Source of the DNA: Haliotis rubra
Taxonomy: Eukaryota
NCBI RefSeq assembly: GCF_003918875.1
Contig: NW_025767293.1
Coordinates: forward strand, 434,001-498,000
DNA length: 64,000 nt
Direction of reading: 5' to 3'
This document shows, in pieces, positions 36,961 through 49,051 of this stretch; position 1 is the stretch's first letter; each line of letters opens with the position of its first letter. Both the position numbers and the translations under genes were made by a program. Under the pieces are notes generated by a model. That model worked only from the letters and a program-made list of their open reading frames with translations. It did no database searches and was not told the DNA's origin.

Positions 36961-37804
36961 GAGTGTTGTTTTAAGATGGAATCCTAAAATAATACTTTCA
37001 TCTTTTTCCTGAGCTTATTGATTGTCAATAAAATAAAATAAATAAATGTAAGAGAAAACACTCCTCATATCGTGCTGTGTATGTGTTCTGGCTTGAAGGA
37101 ACCATCGCCATTACTCTGTCCTATCATTCCTATTTGTTTGAACGTTTTACAGAAGCGTCTAGTTACCAAAGACGAAGTCGTATTTGTAATCTCTTTTCGG
37201 GAACTGTTTTATATACTGGACAAAATATGCTAGGGATATTGGTATTTTTATGATTGATATTTTATCAGAGTGTCAATGAATAAATAGATCATTATTTATA
37301 ATTTCAAAATTTACATATATCCCTAACTATTATTGTCCAGTATATGTGCAATACACACACGCCTCTAAATGATGCCGACTCTCTATCCCACAAACAGAAG
37401 CCAGGCATGCATGAATGGTCCTAAAGACAGCAGTTTTCCTATTCTAAATATGCTCTAGTCTGAGATATGCTGGTGGTTAATAGTGATCGTTTCATATATA
37501 TACCAGTTACGTCAGAAGTTGGGAATCGAGGATGTGAGTTGTTATAGCATTAAAAAGACTGACTACTGACTGCGTATGGGTTACGCCGTCTTTAGCAGGA
37601 TTACAGCAATATCTGGGGACACCGGAAATGACATTAAAAAGACGCCGGATCAAGTTGATAGAGAACTGGCGTCTAATAGAGAAAACTCGGTATTTAAACC
37701 ATGTTGGCTGTTTCCCTTGCTTGTAAGTGTCACTTGAGCATAAGTCACACAGTTTGTGATCTGACTGATTGCAGGGATCTTGTGTGCCTTCATCGTTTCA
37801 AGAC

Positions 37805-37968
37805 GAGTGAGTGGGTATGGTTTTACGCCGCTTTTAGCAATATTCCAGCAATATCACAGCTGGGGACACCAGAAATGGGCTTCACACATTGTACCCATGT
37901 GGGAAATCGAACCTAGGTTTTCGGCGTGAGGAGCCAACGCTTTGACCACAAGGCTACCCCACCGCCTC
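37805..37968 (-). mobile_element. SINE family A
   Basis: Near-consensus reverse-complement copy. Confidence 0.85.
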
Positions 37969-38059
37969 CAAGGCGACGAGGGCAGTGTGTGTAGGTTTCA
38001 TTGCTTAATTTTAAGTCTATAGACTGTGACCGTCTCTATGGGGATCCCATGTATAGCAG

Positions 38060-38760
38060 GATCCTCAGCAACCCGGTCGTTGCTGTAAACTGTAAATCTG
38101 TAAATTATGCGAGGTCCTTTCTTCCAGATACTGTTAACTTATGGAATTCATTACCAGTCGAACATAGAGAATTACCGTGCCTATCGAGATTCAAAAATGT
38201 ACTTTTAAATTATTCTAATATCTACAGTCATTTTGACTTAAATTTCGGTAGCAGATTTTGTCAAATCATACATTCTCCGACTTGAATGTAGTGACCTTAA
38301 TGCGCACAAATATGAAAGATTTATATCTCCAACATCATCTTGCTCTTGTGGCAACAACTATGAAGACTCTGCTCATTATTTCTTTTCATGTACTCTTTAC
38401 AACGATATACGTCACATTATGTATTTTTATACTAAAGGATTTGACCTAAAATCAATTTTGTTTGGAAACCAAAGCTGTTCCCCGATAGTAAACAGAGAAC
38501 TTTTCATTTCAGTGCACTCGTTTATAAATTTAACAGGCAGATTTGATCCAAAATAATTTCTTCATATGACAGATACTGTTTAAAAAGGATTGGCGTTATT
38601 TCTCGTTTTTGCAACATTTATACTGTATATCATTCACATTGTACATTCATCATGACATGTTTACTCTTCCTTCCATTGTATCCCAGAGAGGTATTCATAT
38701 AAGCTTATGCTTGTTGACCAATCCGGTTCCTTTCTTTGGAAATAAATATGTGTAAATCAA
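38060..38760 (+). mobile_element. 5'-truncated CR1/L2-group LINE 3' end
   Basis: SFLPDTVNLWNSLP...FK, then after a frameshift RLECSDLNAH...CSCG..YEDSAHYFFSC..Y...ILFG...FINLTGRF, followed by an AT-rich 3' UTR with AATAAA. Confidence 0.85.
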
Positions 38761-39537
38761 CCCGGTTGTAAGAGGCAGCTTATAATGGAAGACGTGTTAG
38801 ATTGGTAGGTCTGTCATAAACAAAACCAGCAGAGCAAAGCCCACCAAAAACAAACTCGCTGTACCTTTCGGCACGGGGTAGGTACTCCAGGGGCACCAAG
38901 TAAGTGTGTCCAACTCCTCATCTTTATGCTAATGAAATGGAGCCTCTGCTCGGAATGGCAACATTATAAGAGAAAGTTTGGTCAAGAGACCAAGAAGTGA
39001 CTTAAGCTTTGGTATTTGCTGGAAATCAAACACAAGCATCATATTTATGCTTGTGTGAGATATGCATCTTGTCATAAGGTTCATCTAAGAGCATGACAAA
39101 TACAGTGTTTGTGAAAAAACAGAATACCATGTTTCAACCAAGTCAAGTGGCCATTGGAACATACATTTTACACATTCTTCATTCCCTGTGCAAACGGTAA
39201 CTGGTTTACACTACCGAGTCACCAGTCTCCAGATTCTGCACACGATGCATTCCACACTTAAACTATATATACTTACTAGCAAAAAAGCAATCACAAACAA
39301 CAAAACGTTATGTAAAGAACACACGAGGCATTGCACACAAAGAAGAAAATACAAATGATTGTCAAGTATGAAACAAATTTAGTGTCTTCGTTTCCACTGT
39401 GTGTATATATATATATATATATAGTATTGCAGTGTGTTAATCAAATCACGCGGATTCATCACGTCTGCCTCCAGCAGTAAAGTAGATACTGATTCGTGAA
39501 GCAGTGGAAGTCTTCACTGTTATCCAAATAGAATTTC

Positions 39538-41921
39538 TTAAACCATGTTTTTCTTCTTGTGAATATTGGTACGTTTTGAATCCTTGCTCAAAACCGGAAG
39601 TGTTGGTTTGAAAGCCATGTGCCCATGTTCTTTAGGAGTCGTTTGCTCATGTTGACTCGGGGGTTCTTTCTGAGAGATCTTCTGTGGTTCATTGACTGTT
39701 TCTGACGCTTTCGTAGTACTTTGTTCCACCAACATGTCTCTGATCTGTTTTATGTCACTTCGCATAGACTCGTTCTGTTCTCGCAAATCCTTCATCTCTC
39801 GCCACTGGCTTCTCATCAAGTCTCGCATTTTACCGATTTCAAGTCTCATGTTCTGCGAGATTTTATTCAGTTCCTCTCTGAACTGAACCTGAGCGTTTTT
39901 ACTTTCTTTCTCCAACAACCTGACCTTTCCGCCATGTTGAGATATCACTTCCTTAGCCTTTACCAATTCCTTTTCGAATCGGGAAAGATTCTTCCGCAGA
40001 TACCCGATCTCCCTGTGTAGTCCCTTAATTTCGTCCTCCTTCTCTTGATAAGCAGAACCAGTCTGGAGCTTCCCTTTGTCTCTCTGAAGTTTCGATACCT
40101 CGGACTCAAGTTCATCTGTATATACTCTAGTATCCTCTACATCCCTACGTAGATCTTCAATCTGACGCTGTATCTCCTCAATCTCTTTATTCTGTCTGTC
40201 GTTATTGTCTGTCAAATGAGACAATACTGCAGTTTTCTTCTGTATCTTAGATTTCAGATTCGAGAGCTCAGCGTTTTTTGTTCCAGCTGCGCATCTGTTT
40301 CCTTGACGATAGCAATCCTCTGTTCGTTGTTGTGTTTGTAGTCCACCTCCAGACGGAGACGAAGAGCGTCTATCTGTTGCACGAGAGCCTTGTTAATAGC
40401 GACAACCTGACTCATGGCGTCATTTCCGCTAGCCTCGTTCTTGGTTTCAGAACTTCCATCAGATGAAGTGTCTAGTGACGAGGAGGTATGAGAAATTGTC
40501 GCAGCTGATGTAGGTCTTCCGTTCCCGGGGTTGTCGCTACCTTCGACGTACATGGACTTGCTTCTCGTCTGCATGGATGGGCCTTTAACGTTGAAAGGCG
40601 ACTTGTCACCCTGAAGATGGACATGGTGTTAGTTAAAACGATAGCATATATAGTACATAGATAATATATTATTGGTCAATATCTTTACTTCGTTCGTTTG
40701 GGTTTTTTTTCTTTAACAGATCTGCAATCAGCAATATTATCGTGTCTGGACCAGATAATCCAGTGATTTGATATTGTGAGCAACGATCACCATGCGGGGT
40801 AGGATGACATTCTATCAATCAAGTGATCATCTGACCACCGAATCCCCTTGTGTGACCTGTGGGGGACAGTTCTAACCCGGAATCTCCAAAGAGAACGGGT
40901 TTTTTTGTTCAGATCGATGAAATGGAACGGAAATGAGGACGGGCAAGTCAAAACATTGATTACACAACAGTCTCTTTTCCTGTTGACTGGGTTCCGTCCT
41001 ATTGCGCAACTTAGTACAATAACCAGTCCAGAATTTTGAGACCAATTCATTTAGCTGGATACATATATATATATATAAGTCAGTATTTTTTTTATACATC
41101 TAAGCAAATGTACACCCCAACACTATGCTCCTTATACTCCTTCCAAACAGAAACCTGGAAATCGTGGAAATCTGAAAACGAGGCTCTACCGCTAGAAACG
41201 TTTGGCGGTCTGGTACGAACTTGATATTATATCAATCACAATGTGCGTTACAGAACTACACTGAATAAGCGCAAGAAACACATAACAGGTGTGACCAGTG
41301 AGCCAGATGCATTGTGAATCATTTTACGACCATACCAAACTGGGGCAGTCTGTGACGTCTTAGTTAAGGTCATGCTGCCTACACCTCGCCATAAAATTTA
41401 GAAATACGATGTTATTAAAGTTTAAAATTAGAATTCATTTTTAAATACCATTTTCTTATGAAACAAGGAAGTGGAATTCAGTGTAACCATAGTTGTTTGT
41501 GATGTCTATTTTCACTTTCACACGAGAAAATTCGGATCGGCTGAAAAGTAGGTCATTGTCTGAATAGGTTAATGAGACTCATGTTTCGGTTTGAAGGGGA
41601 CGGGGGATCACGAAACAAAAATAGGGGGTATCTGGGATTCAAGTCCGTGTTCAGAGGAACCTTGCAGGACGAAGATTCGAAGGAGATGCGTACTTGTCCC
41701 TGTTGAATATTTTTCACACACCCGTACTTACAGGACAATTTGAAACAAAAACATTTCATGCAAAACATCTAAATTCCTTGACGTACGCTTGTCCAGCCAA
41801 AATTGGATGCCAGAAAATTGCCCCTGACATCAGTTAAATCAGCAGTCAAAACATGTGTTGATACAAATAGCGACGAAGACATAACGCGGCAATTTACACA
41901 TACCTCTGAATAGGACGCCAT
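39538..41921 (-). CDS. Uncharacterised coiled-coil protein, paralog 2 (~363 aa once a 1-nt frameshift at 40274-40279 is corrected); exons 41904-41921 and 39538-40610
   Basis: NKALVQQIDALRLRLEVDYKH and EKELVKAK..FREEL..MR.E...MKDLREQNESMRSDIKQIRDML align with paralog 1; AACATGGCG MASYSE|GTATGT exon in phase 0; adding one A to the A6 run joins the two ORFs. Confidence 0.8.
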
Positions 41922-43047
41922 GTTTGCTAGAATGGCGGCGTCCTTCTGGTCAGCTGTATACCCGAGATACCTGGAATAACATGAGATAACAGGATGAAAA
42001 GAGGCAATTAATATGGAGTACATGCAACCACATAGATTAAGTTTTGGAGTAATTCATCATACAGAAGATCTTGAGCTGAATTATTGTCATGTAACATACA
42101 AACAAATATTGGGAAGTTTCAACAACTTGATACTAACCATGTATTCTCAAAGCCTCTTTTTATTTACCCAAAGCATAATTTGTAACTCTGATGATTTTAG
42201 TAGAAAAAAACTCCATCGAATCGTCGCTCGTAAAAAGGACAAAAGTCGCACTGTAAATCATTGTAAATTTGCATGGGTCAACTTTGCTACCGGGCAAGAA
42301 TTGAGGACAAATATAATTATTATACATTTCTATGAAATCATTACGCAAGGAAGCATCGTATCCTTTCATTACCCTGCCTTGCTCTTGTGGAAATGACAGC
42401 TGCTTGATACTATGGAATACATGGAATTGTTAATTGGAACCAAACATTGGAGCACGTTTGTTAATGGGTAAATCATGTAGTTTCGTGCAAATAAACGGGA
42501 ACCTGATTTCTTTAATGTAACTTCTGTCTGACGATTACGGTTTCAAGACATGCATTAATAGCATTTTAGCATTTAGTTGGCATACACAACACGGTGTGTG
42601 TGTGAGTGAGTTAGTGGCTATGGTTTTACGACTGTTTCAAGCAATTGTTTTAAGAATTGACTCTGTGCCTTCAACAAACCGAAGATTTGCCCATGCACTG
42701 CCCCATGAAGTATGTCACAACACATTGACCGCCATGACCGATAATGACGTATGGAGAGTTTTATCAAGTATACGTGACATTGTTCTATCTCAAGCCCAGC
42801 GTTATATTACCTGTCGTATATAAGAGGCGACCAGATTTGGTTGTCAGGTTCATACACATAGTCGATAGAGTGCCATCTTACCTACTTCACACGGTGCTCA
42901 CAATATCAACCACTAGTCTACAGATAGCTGAAATATGCATACTAACCCTCACTCACACATCTTAACGAGGATAACGTTCCGAACACCCCAGAACGTGTAC
43001 CATATAACATCGTATCCCAGGTTCGATGATCGATGCTCATGATATCA

Positions 43048-43567
43048 TGTGGGCGCGGTGGGCGAGCTGAGGTTGAGGTGCCGGGATCGAGCCGACCTGT
43101 GACCGGGTGTAAAACCTTGGAGTCAACTTTGTGTGCAGACTCTTTCCGTGTTGTCACAACCCCTAGTGTACAGTACACAACCCTGTGCACTTAAAAGAAC
43201 CCACGAATCCATTGGTATATGACCAGATGGTGGCCACATGAATACGTGCAAACACCTAGTTGCGGGTACAGCAACGTGCAGTAAACTTGGACAAAGTACT
43301 GTGACTATGTGTCCCAGTCCACCCAGCTGTGAATGGGTACCTCGTTAGGATGAGAAAGCCACAATAACTCGGTGCGCCTTGTGGCAGCAAGAGTTGTATA
43401 CTCCCCAGGGAGTTGAGATGGATAATACGATGAGCCGTTGAGATTGACATCCAATGATCGAGGGGAAAAATAACAGCGCCTTGAGCATGCACTAGTGTGT
43501 GGATATGTGCGCCATATAAATATCCTATAATAATAAAAATAAAATATAATAATAAAATAATAATAAA
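43048..43567 (+). mobile_element. Composite SINE (degenerate tRNA-like head, Deu/Nin-like central domain, L2-like tail) inserted in a family B copy
   Basis: ATGATATCA TSD (43039-43047, 43568-43576), (TAA)/(A)-rich tail, agcgccttgagc...gcgccatataaat 3' end; domain names are from recall, not a search. Confidence 0.75.
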
Positions 43568-45628
43568 ATGATATCAATCACTGGATTATCTGGTCCAGAA
43601 TCGATTACTTACAGACCACCGTCGTATGGCTAGAATATTGCTGCTTGCGGCGTTAAACAACACTCAAACAAACAACAGGACCCTGCTGACATGACGTAAG
43701 ACAGTTCACACCTTGTAAACCCAATAAGATCAGGTTGCGATTATTCTGATCATTTGCACGAGGATGCTCATGGAAATATCTCACACAGCAACTGTCTATT
43801 CTTAAACTAATAAATACAATTTACTTCTTCTTCTTACCTTCAAACGACCATAATTACGTCGTGTTTCGTTGCCTTTGCGACACACATTTGCAACAATCGT
43901 GACAGCTAAGCAACTCACCTTGCACCCCTAATCCATTTGGTGTTTAGAAGAGTTATGAGTTTGGTCACGTGACGTGTATACTTCGCTCCCTCGTTATACC
44001 CGTCTTCTCTCGTGCTGTATGTATTGCAACTAAATACAAGAAACCATGCAGAATATGGGGCTTACACCATTTTTCACATTATCAAACAGGTGTACATATT
44101 AAAATCACTGTAATTTTGCTAACCACAACCTGTCTTAAGAACTCGTTACAAAGAGGTAATGTGTTTCTGTGAGATCATCTATGAAAATGAGCGATTCAAA
44201 AGCTATAAAGGGAACGGCCAAGATATATAAGTGCTTCAGTGTATATCTCCCAGTGTTTCAGATCAATCAAGCCGTGGTAGACAAAGATGGGCAGTGTTTT
44301 ACTCATACTTTCGATGACGAATTCAATAGCAATGTTCTCATATCGGTCTCATTATGTTCAGGAACCAGAATGAGAGCGTCCCTCAACACGTCCGATCAGG
44401 CCTGTCTATCCACGCAACCTCAAAGGATATATTCAGTATTTATCAGATCGAACGCTTCATATACTGTCGTACTGGTGTCCTGTTACACCAGACCGTCATA
44501 ACATCAGACGAACTATAAATATAGAAGACGTGTATTGTTATCATAGTCTTGGCGGTAATATAATTTCGCGTACGTAATGCACATACAGTCATCAAGTTAT
44601 ATATACTACTCACACTTTGCTAAGGATCACAAAAACTTTACTTAAACGTAGATTTATAATTTGAAATTGTATCCTTTTAAAACTGATAAATAATGCTATG
44701 GTAACACAATGTCATCTTTAGGAAAACAGACACTTTAAGCTAATACACTTGATACATGTGTAACCATAAAAATGGTTTTCATGGCACCAATCAACCATTT
44801 TGCTAATCATGGCACACAACACCTGTCAATAGCAGGTATGGGATCCACAAAATGCAGTGGCATACTGAAAACTTGATCCATGCTTACAATAGTCTTAGAT
44901 ATTAAACCAAATTTGACCCCACATCATAGTTTTCTGTTGAAACAGTGATTTGATCCTTAGCAAAGTGTGAATAGTATATATGATTTTGTATACCCGTTTG
45001 GGGCCTTTTTTTTGGTTCTGGCGTTGTTTTGTTTGGGTGGGTTTTTTTTGTTTACTTTTTGGGTAGTGGTGGTGGGAGAGGTCTGTGCTTATTCTGTTGT
45101 TGTTTTTCCCTTATTTACTTTATTTTGTTTATATTTGGAGTGGCGAGTGGTTGCGCATCAATTTAACTGGCGCGGTGGCTAAAATCAATGGTGTTACATA
45201 GAAGCTGCAAGATTCACTTGTGTACCAATGTGTTGCTGGGTTCTGCTTAAGTCGTTCTGGCATCATGTTGCAAAGTGGAAATACTGGATCATTATGTAAT
45301 GCTTACTCGCTGTGCACAGAACTTGTTTGAGAGGCATTTTAGACGATTGGAAGTACAATATGGGCAAACTTTATGGGAACTTATTTCTTTGTGAGTGCAC
45401 CGTTACTCTACAGATTCTTGCACCAACATGATATCGCTGTGTAGAGTTGCATCCCTTGGAGCAGGACACAACCTTATGGTATCTTCGAATCCCGGTTCGT
45501 AGTTTTACAGCACCCGAGTGCCTGAGCTTCACCCAAGTGGTAAACATGTAACAATTCGGGCTTTCCTCCCACAGTAAGCGGACACGCCGGTTCAAAGCAA
45601 CATGGGTCCCTCACTCATAAAAATTTGG

Positions 45629-45896
45629 ACCCGTGAAGATCCGGGGTAGAATAGGTCTTCAGCAACCCATGCTTGCCACAAAAGGCGACTATGCTTGTCG
45701 TAAAAGGCGACTAACGGGATCGGGTGGTCAGGCTCGCTGACTTGGTTGACACATGTCATCGGTTCCCAATTGCGCAGATCGATGCTCATGCTGTTGATCA
45801 CTGGATTGTCTGGTCCAGACTCGATTATTTACAGACCGCCGCCATATAGCTGCAAATATTGCTGAGTGCGGCGTAAAACTAAACTCACTCACTCAT
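45629..45896 (+). mobile_element. SINE-like family B, full length, with internal 22-bp duplication of the hairpin segment
   Basis: atgcttgccacaaaaggcgact-atgcttgtcgtaaaaggcgact. Confidence 0.9.
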
Positions 45897-46144
45897 ATCT
45901 GTAGTCGGGCCTGACGAACATCACTGCACCGAAGTGAGGAAGGAACAGCCATCACGGGCATTGTAATGACGCCATAATCACATGACGCCATAATGCATTC
46001 GTCACCGCCTCTGCTGACTTGTCCCACTCTACTCCTGCGCAGTGATGACTTGGCATAACATAGAAGGTGGACTTGTCCAAGTATGTCACCAGATGGTCAC
46101 AAATAGTAAACATTCCTCTAACGATTCACTCACATAGTTGATAT

Positions 46145-46850
46145 TCAAGTAAAGTCTGATAGAGCGTTGAACTTGTCTATCGCCTTCATGCCATGTCTGA
46201 TATGGATGTGTGAGTTTAGTTTTACTACGAATTCAGCAGTATTCCAGCTATATGGCGGCGGTCTGTAATTAATCCAGTCTGGACCAGACAATGCAGTGAT
46301 CAACAGCATAAGCATCGACCTACGCAGTTGGGGTACGGTGAGTGTCAACTAAGTCAGCGAGCCTGACCACCGGATCCCGTTAGTCGCCTCATACACCAAG
46401 CATGGGTTACTGGAGACCAATTCTAACCCGGATCTGTAAACTGGTCTAAGGATGCACTCCATGCACGAATAGTGTTGAAATTACTAGTCTATCACATTCA
46501 TGCAATGTCTGATAAACCGTTGAAATGGTCTCATGCTTTCATTCCATGGGGGTCACGCAGATGATCCGGGTTCTATTCCCCACAAGGGTACAATGTGTGA
46601 AACCGATTTCTGGTGTCCCCCGCCGTGATATTGATGGAATATTGCTAAATGTGGCGTAAAATCATACTCACTCATTCCATGGCGGACAGGGTGTAAAACT
46701 GGTCTAACGATGCACTCCATGCACGAGAGTGTTGAACTGGTGTGACACATTCATGCAATGTCAAAATGGGTGTTGAACTGGTCTATCCCCATGCCATGTC
46801 AGAATGGGTGTTGTTGAACTGGTCTAATGCCTGCACGCCATGTCCGATAA
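46145..46850. repeat. Degenerate ~38-bp minisatellite interrupted by a family B (46210-46436, -) and a truncated family A SINE (46549-46674, +)
   Basis: Recurring gtgttgaactggtct...catgccatgtc units; TCATTCCATGG duplicated around the SINE A. Confidence 0.65.
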
Positions 46851-47344
46851 TGTTCTTATCAGCATCAGTTTAGCCTGAGTATGTCAGTGCAATTATAGTG
46901 ACCCTTTTGGATATGACATGCAGGCCATAGAACAGTCCATGCTTTTGGACAATACCACCACAGGACAAAATACCCATGCACAGAAACCCTAGAAAAGTCT
47001 ACTTGGTCTTAATGGAAAAGTGGAAAGAATGCCCATTTGCTGTGATGAGTTGCTTTGAGTGATGAGATATATTATGACCAACCATCCCATAGAACATGTG
47101 CGAATAGTGTTCAGACATGTATTCAGACAATGAATGCTTGCAGAAACACCCCTGAGAACTGTAAAGTTGTGAATGGTTTGACAATAGTTTGGTGAAACCT
47201 ATGGCTGTTCAGTCAGTGTGATATCCGACACCTGTACAGTGTGATAAGATTTAGTAATTTTGTGCATGTATTCAGACAATACCTGTGAAGATAAGATAAG
47301 ATAAGATATAACTTTATTATCCTGTAGGAAATTCATTTTATATC

Positions 47345-47550
47345 AAGATCCGGGTTAGAATTGGTCTCCAACAACCCATGCTTGTCGTAAGAGCCAACTA
47401 ACAGGATCTGGTGGTCAGGCTCCGTGACTTGGTTGACACTAGAGCAATGCTCACGATGTCGATCACTGGATTGTCTGGTCCAGACTGGATTATTTACAGA
47501 CCGCCTCTTTATAGCTGGAATGTTGCTGAGTGTGTTAAACAATAAAACAA
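47345..47550 (+). mobile_element. SINE-like family B
   Basis: Family B head and tail with internal deletion. Confidence 0.8.
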
Positions 47551-47647
47551 CATCATATTCAGACAACTATGTTGCAGTTTCTTTTACCTCAAAACTCTGT
47601 GTTGGTATGATCTATATTAATGCATTGTACCTATGAGCAAGCAATTG

Positions 47648-47888
47648 AGTGAGTGAGTGAGTGAGTTTAGTTTAACGCCACACTCAGCAATATTCCAGCT
47701 ATATGGTGATGGTCTGTAAATAATCGGATCTGGACCAGACAATCTGGGGATCAACAGCATGAACATCGATCTACACAATTGGGATATGATGACATGTGTC
47801 AACCTAGTCAGCCAGCCTGACCACGCGATCCCGTTAGTTGCCTCTTACGACAAGCGTGGGTCCCTGAAGATCAATTCTAACACGGACC
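47648..47888 (-). mobile_element. SINE-like family B
   Basis: Reverse-complement near-full-length copy with (GAGT)n tail. Confidence 0.85.
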
Positions 47889-49051
47889 TAACACAATTGC
47901 TTCGAAATGGCATACATTCATAATTGATTGTGAGGAATGTCCAAAGCACTACTCGTCATAGACCATTGTGGAGGAACTTCTTCAGCATTGGAATTGTATG
48001 CTGACAGACCAAGGATGAAAATCAGAATGAATCTGGGACCAACCATGGCAACAAAGGGAAAGTTTATAATCATGAAAACCCAACTAAGACTTACCCGTAT
48101 CACCTCATGATCTGTATGACAACATTCAAGGAAAATTTTATTAGATTACCTAATCTTGTATCATATTATCTTGATATACAATCTCAAATCATGATCAGTT
48201 CCACCAAAATTAAGGGGGTCCTAATTTTCATAGGTTTTCCCCATTAGATACTTAATCTGGTGACATCAGTGTTACCATGAGGTCCCCTGGACTTTCAACT
48301 TAGGGTATCCCAGTACAGGGAGCATTAATGTTGAGGGTTAAGTCTGATGGGACCCAAGTAATATCCCACAAAAAGAATTTTTCTCAAAGCTATACATGTA
48401 TTGCCAAGTATTGCAATGCATATTGACTAGCCACAATATATGTATTCAGACGGTGGGTGCTGCTATTGAAATGTATCAATTCATCCAGGTAGGGGTAATT
48501 TATTTGACAAATCCATAGTCTCAAATATGCTGATGAAATCAGGCACATGGGATTTACACCTAGGATATTCTGATGGGCCTGTGAATGCCACTTCATTCAC
48601 ATGAAAGACAACACATTTGTTTTGAACAAAACTTATTGTTTTATTACTTTTCATGATGTTGAGTTCAATTTGATGGGTCTGTTAAGTATCTAAGCATGTC
48701 TTAACAGTTGTGGTAACCATGGTTACTGGTAATGGAAATAGCAGTATCACAATATTTTGCAATATGATGATGTTTAACAAGTTCATAATGTCAGTATTGG
48801 GATGTTCAGGACTAAATACATCCTCCTTATCTGGAAAATACGACTTGTGGCAGGGAATGAGAACAAGGCAATACATGAAGATAAATAATTACACATCATA
48901 TGCGAATGATCACTCATATTTTCTTATATCCATCTACATGACACATCCCTTGTAACCTTCTGTCAGTGTCTGTTAACATGCTGTCTCAAAATGTATTAAG
49001 ACATTTGGTTTTGTCCATGTTCAAAGCTATTATTAAGCAAGATATCCGAGA

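Noticed and set aside
40270-40285. Programmed -1 frameshift at AAAAAAC
   Set aside because: The heptamer is out of phase with the upstream frame (CAA AAA ACG), so it does not fit X XXY YYZ; homopolymer indel is simpler
45371-48103. Possible additional minus-strand gene (signal-peptide-like MVGPRFILIFILGLSA at ~48040, ORFs at 46999 and 45371)
   Set aside because: Could not build a stop-free spliced model or recognise any homology
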